Below are positions 59,450 to 64,000 of a stretch of DNA of 64,000 nucleotides, one piece after another. Under the pieces are notes generated by a model. It made no database searches. It was not told the origin of the DNA and worked only from the letters and a program-made list of their open reading frames with translations. A program made the translations under genes and the position numbers. Source of the stretch: Antechinus flavipes (taxonomy: Eukaryota); the NCBI RefSeq assembly GCF_016432865.1, contig NC_067400.1, forward strand, positions 615,970,001 through 616,034,000, given 5' to 3'. Position 1 is the stretch's first letter. Each line of letters opens with the position of its first letter.

Positions 59450-62260
59450 TAAATAAAAGCTTTTCCTGGAGGAGCAGAGTCAAGAGGGTAGATTAGAAGA
59501 AGTCACTCAGCCAAACTCTCCCAACATTACCCACCAAAATACTTTAAATATTCCACAAGTCAAATTTTGGAGTAGCAGAGTCAACAAAAGGCCAGAGTGA
59601 GACATTTTTTCCCCAGCCTAAGACAAGTCAGGAGATCTTCAGAAGACCCTGGGATAGGGTCTGTTCCAGAGCACTCATGGTGGCAACACCAGCAGTGGGC
59701 CTTGGAAATGTCTACAACAGAGGCGGTAGCAACTTTAGGAGCCCAGAGATAAAGGAGTCAAAAACTGGTCAGAGAGAGATTCATGGGCACCCTTCCAGAA
59801 ACTGGTAAAAGTGATCAAACAACAACAACAAACTTGATCATAAAAATATACGATCATATTATCATAAAAAATGATAAAAGAGGTACAAAAATTTGCCGAG
59901 GAAAAAACTTAAAAAGCAGAATAGGCCAAATGGAAAAGGAAGTACAGAAGCTCACTGAAGAAAATAATTCCTTAAAAATTAGATTTGAGCAATTGGAACC
60001 TAATGATTCCATGAGACATGAAGGAGCAATAAAACAAAACCAAAAGAATTAAAAAATATAGAAATATGAAATGTTCCATCTGAAAAACAACTGACTTAGA
60101 AAATAGATTAAGGAGAGATAATTTAAGGATTATTGAATTACCTGGAATCCATGAACAGTAATAAAAGACATTAGACATCATTTTTCAAGAAATTAAAAGG
60201 AAAAATATTACTTTATTTGAGATATAGAGAGTAAAATAGAAATTGAAAAAAAATGATAATCAAATTTCAAAGTTCTCAGGCCAAAGGGAAAATATGTCAA
60301 GAATCCAGAAACAAATAAAATATTTCAGTGCAATATTTTTTGGTTTCCATGTTTCGAAGAGCTTGAAATACAATATTCTGGAACACAAAGAAGTTAAGAT
60401 TACAACCAAGAATAATCTACTTAGCAAAACTAATTATAATCCTTCAGGGGAAAGTGAACATTTAATGAGATAGAGGATTTTCAAGCATTATTGATGAAAA
60501 GGCCAGAGGTAAAAATTTGACACTCACTCTGATGCTCTGACGCTCAGAGAAACATAAACAGGTAAACATGAAAGAGTAATTATAAAGGTCTAAATAAAGT
60601 TAAATGATTTACATTTCTGCATGTGAAGATTATGCATGTAACTCCTTAGAACTATTAAGCAATTAATGGGAGTTTACATAGAGAACATAGATATTGAATT
60701 GATTAAATTGTGCTGACTTCCAAAATAAATAACTAAAAGGGTGAGAAAGATTGATGCATGGGAGAAGGAGAAAGGGAGAGGTAAAATGGAGCAATTTTTT
60801 TTTTAACAGAAATGTGGTGCCCATGGAAAAATTTTTACAGTGGAGAAGAAAATTTGTAGTGGAGAATGATAGACTATGCTTGAACTTCCCTCTTATACTG
60901 GTTCAAAAAGGAAAGAATTTACCTAAAAACTCAGTTGTATATAGAAATGTAACTTATCTAATAGAGAACTAGGATAGAAAAAGGATAGGAGAATGGGGGT
61001 GAAGAGTAATAAAAGAAAGGATTGATTAAAAGAGACAATATTCTGAGTCAAAATAGATTTTCAAGGAAGAACAGGATAAAAAAAGTGAGAGAAGATGAAA
61101 TGGGATGGAGGGAAATACACAATAATTATAACAATGAATGTGAATGAAATGAGCTTACCCATAAACTAGAAGCAGATAGGAAGATGGATTAGGAACCAGA
61201 ATGCAGCAATATGTTCTTTAGAAGAGACATATTTGAAACAGGAAGACACATATAATAATCTTCACCCCAAATAAAAAAAATCAGGCAGGGGAAGCAATGA
61301 TGATCTCAGACAAAGCCAAAGCAAAAGTCGACTTTATTAAAAGGATAATCAGGAAAAGTGCATTTTACTAAAAGATAACACAAAGAAATAATATAAAAAA
61401 TTTTATAGCAAGTTTTTTAAACTATTTTTTAAATGTTTATTATTTATTAAATATATACTGAGGAATTTAATTGACAAATGAGTCAAATGTATAAAAGTTA
61501 GAGCCATTCCTCAATTGATAAATGATAAATGATAAATAAACAGGCAGTTTTCAGGAGATGAAATCAAAATTATCTGTAGTGATATAAAAAATGCCTAAAA
61601 TCATTATTGATTTATTATTGTTATACTATTAGTCATTTCAGTCAATTCTGACTCTTTGTGACCCCATTTGGGGTTTGCTTGACAGGGATACTAATATGGT
61701 TAACTATTTCCTTCTTCAGCTCATTTTACAGATTAGGAATTGAGGCAAACAAGATTAAGTGACTTGTCCATGGTCACTTAGCTAGAAAGTATGTGAGGCC
61801 AGATATGACCTCCAGGGCTGGTATTCTAAGCATTACACCATCTACCTACTCTACATTATCTACTAGTGAAAGGCAAAATAAATAAATTCTGAAGTACCAG
61901 CTCACATCTCTCAGAAATGACAAATGCTAGAGGGAATATGTATAATAATGAACAATTGGTGAAGTACTAAACTGGTCCAACCATTTTGGAAAACATTTGG
62001 AACTCAACCCAAAGTTTATAAAACTGAACATTCCCTTTGACCCAGCAAAATTACTACAAAATCTGTGCCCCAAAAAGATCAAAGGAAAAAGAGGAAAAAA
62101 ACCCATATGTACATAGTAGCTCTTTTTGTGGCAGGAAAGAATTAGAAACTGAGGTGCTGCTTAGCAAAGGGGAATGACTGAACAAGATGTAGCATATAAT
62201 TGTGATGGAGTATTATTGTGCTACAAGAAATGATCAAGGTGTTGGTTTCAGATGCAAAGG
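59450..62260 (+). mobile_element. Old, heavily deleted L1 (5'UTR, ORF1 remnants, ORF2 start and end)
   Basis: ORF1-like GQMEKEVQKLTEENNSLKIRFEQLE (59920-60050); ORF2 start-like aatgtgaatg...cccataaa at ~61135; ORF2 3' remnants to ~62250. Confidence 0.75.
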
Positions 62261-63007
62261 GAGATGGGAAAAACCAGGAGATCTTGTTGAAAGTAACAGC
62301 AGTGTTGTAATGATGTTGTAACTGTAACTGTAAGGTAACTGTAAGGGTAAACGTTGATTGAGTAAATCATCAAATTACCCAATACCATCTAAAGCTACAA
62401 TGTGTTACATCCAGATACTTTAACCAGGTGAATTTGTATCTCTGAAGATAAACTTGATAGACTTATTCAGATCATTGTAATTTAATGAGTTATCAGTGAT
62501 TATAAATGGAATAGAGTTAAAATTGGCCTAGTTAATATTTTAGGTTATTCAGGCTACAATTAGTTATTCCATTATGTATTGATGATTGTATTAATTGTAT
62601 TAGATTTATCAGATAGATTCATGCTGTTAGACCTCTTGTAAGAGCATGTATTAACATGGGTTAAGAACTTATTTATTGACAATACCCCAATTCCCCCAAC
62701 TCCTAATAAGGTTTATTAGCTTCAGTAATACTCCCTCATCTTTATGAAACACTTCCATCTACTCTCTAGTGACTTTTGCTTTAAAACTTCAATATCCTGG
62801 GATTCTTGGTCAAAACCTGTGGAAGGTCCTGAGATGTTGGTGACAGGCTCTTGTGAACTTTGAAAAGCCCGGCTGAGATGGACTGCACTTGAAGATCTGT
62901 ATCAATGACAAGATGCTGTGATGACGATGGACATTTCCCTTTAGACAACCATAAGATTTCCTTGCTTCTGGAATTGACCAATCATGGAATCATTTCACTA
63001 AATTCTA

Positions 63008-63325
63008 TTTTTGATCCAGCAGTGTTTCTACTGGGATCATATCCCAAAGAGATCTTAAAGGTAGGAAAGGGACCACATGTGCAAAAATGTTTGGGGTGGC
63101 CCTTTTCATAGTGGCTAAAAAAACAGGAAACGGTATGGATGCCCATCAGTTGGAGAATGGCTGAATAAATTATGGGATATGAATGTTATGGAATATTATT
63201 GTTCTGTAAGAACATCAGAGGTGCACACAATTTTATAACTCTTGGGGCATAATTCCAGATTGCTCTCTGAAATGGTTGGATCCGTTCACAATTCTACCAG
63301 CAATGTATTGGTGTCCTAATTTTTC
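63008..63325. mobile_element. L1 ORF2 fragment with internal inversion
   Basis: Sense segment 63008-63212 is joined to the antisense of the immediately upstream L1 segment (63213-63325). Confidence 0.75.
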
Positions 63326-64000
63326 AAAAAAATTACTTTTTTAAAAATAAAGAATAAGTACATATAAAGCCAAGGGAATTTGGGAGGGAAGATTCTAGGG
63401 GTCAATCAGTCCAAACAGGCCCCTAACCTGTGGATGGCCAGAGTCAAACCGAGCAAGTTAGTGACAAGAAAGTCAGTAATCAAACAGAAGTTCAATTTCA
63501 AAGTGAGGGAAATGGCTTATAAGCAAGGAGGCAGATTATTCACATGTCCCAGAGCTCTATCCCTGGCAAAGCAGTGTGGGAAGATCTTGATACATATACC
63601 AATGGCTACCCAGTGGTCTATAGCCCTGACAATGAGGGATAACAGCAACAATGAGACAAGTTCAAATCATGGCAGGCCTGTGACTGGAACTTGGGTACTT
63701 ATCTGAGATTGTCCAGAGCTTGTCTGAGCTCAGGGAACATCTGATGCTGGTCAAAGCAGTATAATAATTATGTGATTTTTGTCAGAGAAGGAGATCAGAA
63801 GGTGAGCGCAAAGAATTGTTGTTATGTCCAAGCTCAGGCACAACTTGCTTGTTGGGTCTTAACTCTGGAAAATGGAGTATCTCCTTATATCTTGACATTG
63901 GCTAGGGAAAATTATCAGAAAGGACTCAAAGAAATAGAGACCATCAATCTCTACTTTTGTAGAGTAATACAAACTTTTGTCAACCTGTGTTTCCAGATCC

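Noticed and set aside
63560-63790. Minus-strand YCFDQHQMF and CHDLNLSHCCCY resembling IGFL pieces (12-nt identity TGGTCAAAGCAG with 53480)
   Set aside because: The two motifs are in different frames and in the wrong order, with several stops. Too weak to call, but worth including in a TBLASTN check.

Overview
This is marsupial genomic DNA, most likely a dasyurid. That is an inference from the L1, WSINE/MAR-type SINE and OC1-like transposon content. The window has two compositional halves. (1) From 1 to ~25 kb the sequence is extremely GC-rich and carries a complete, intact 13-exon PPP5C gene (+ strand, CDS 1193..17745, 1500 nt, 499 aa). Its intron 6 is a U12-type minor intron, its promoter is a CpG island, and four GC-rich minisatellites lie in or near it. 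Intron 3 holds an RPL36 processed pseudogene interrupted by a younger L1. (2) From ~25 to 64 kb the sequence becomes AT-rich and transposon-dense, with four N-gaps. The main result here is a compact, TATA-driven, three-coding-exon gene on the minus strand (56059..53404) that the ORF track only shows in part. It encodes a 115-aa secreted Cys-rich protein of IGF-like family (IGFL) type. The donor expected after a 54-nt exon 2 appears mutated (GT>AT), and an in-frame cryptic donor could rescue it. Several decayed IGFL-like exon relics, two recent inverted duplications and an LTR element with oddly truncated identical LTRs lie nearby. Together these suggest a small lineage-specific cluster evolving by birth and death. 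Family assignments come from my recall of protein sequences, not database searches. There is no CRISPR array, rRNA or tRNA gene.
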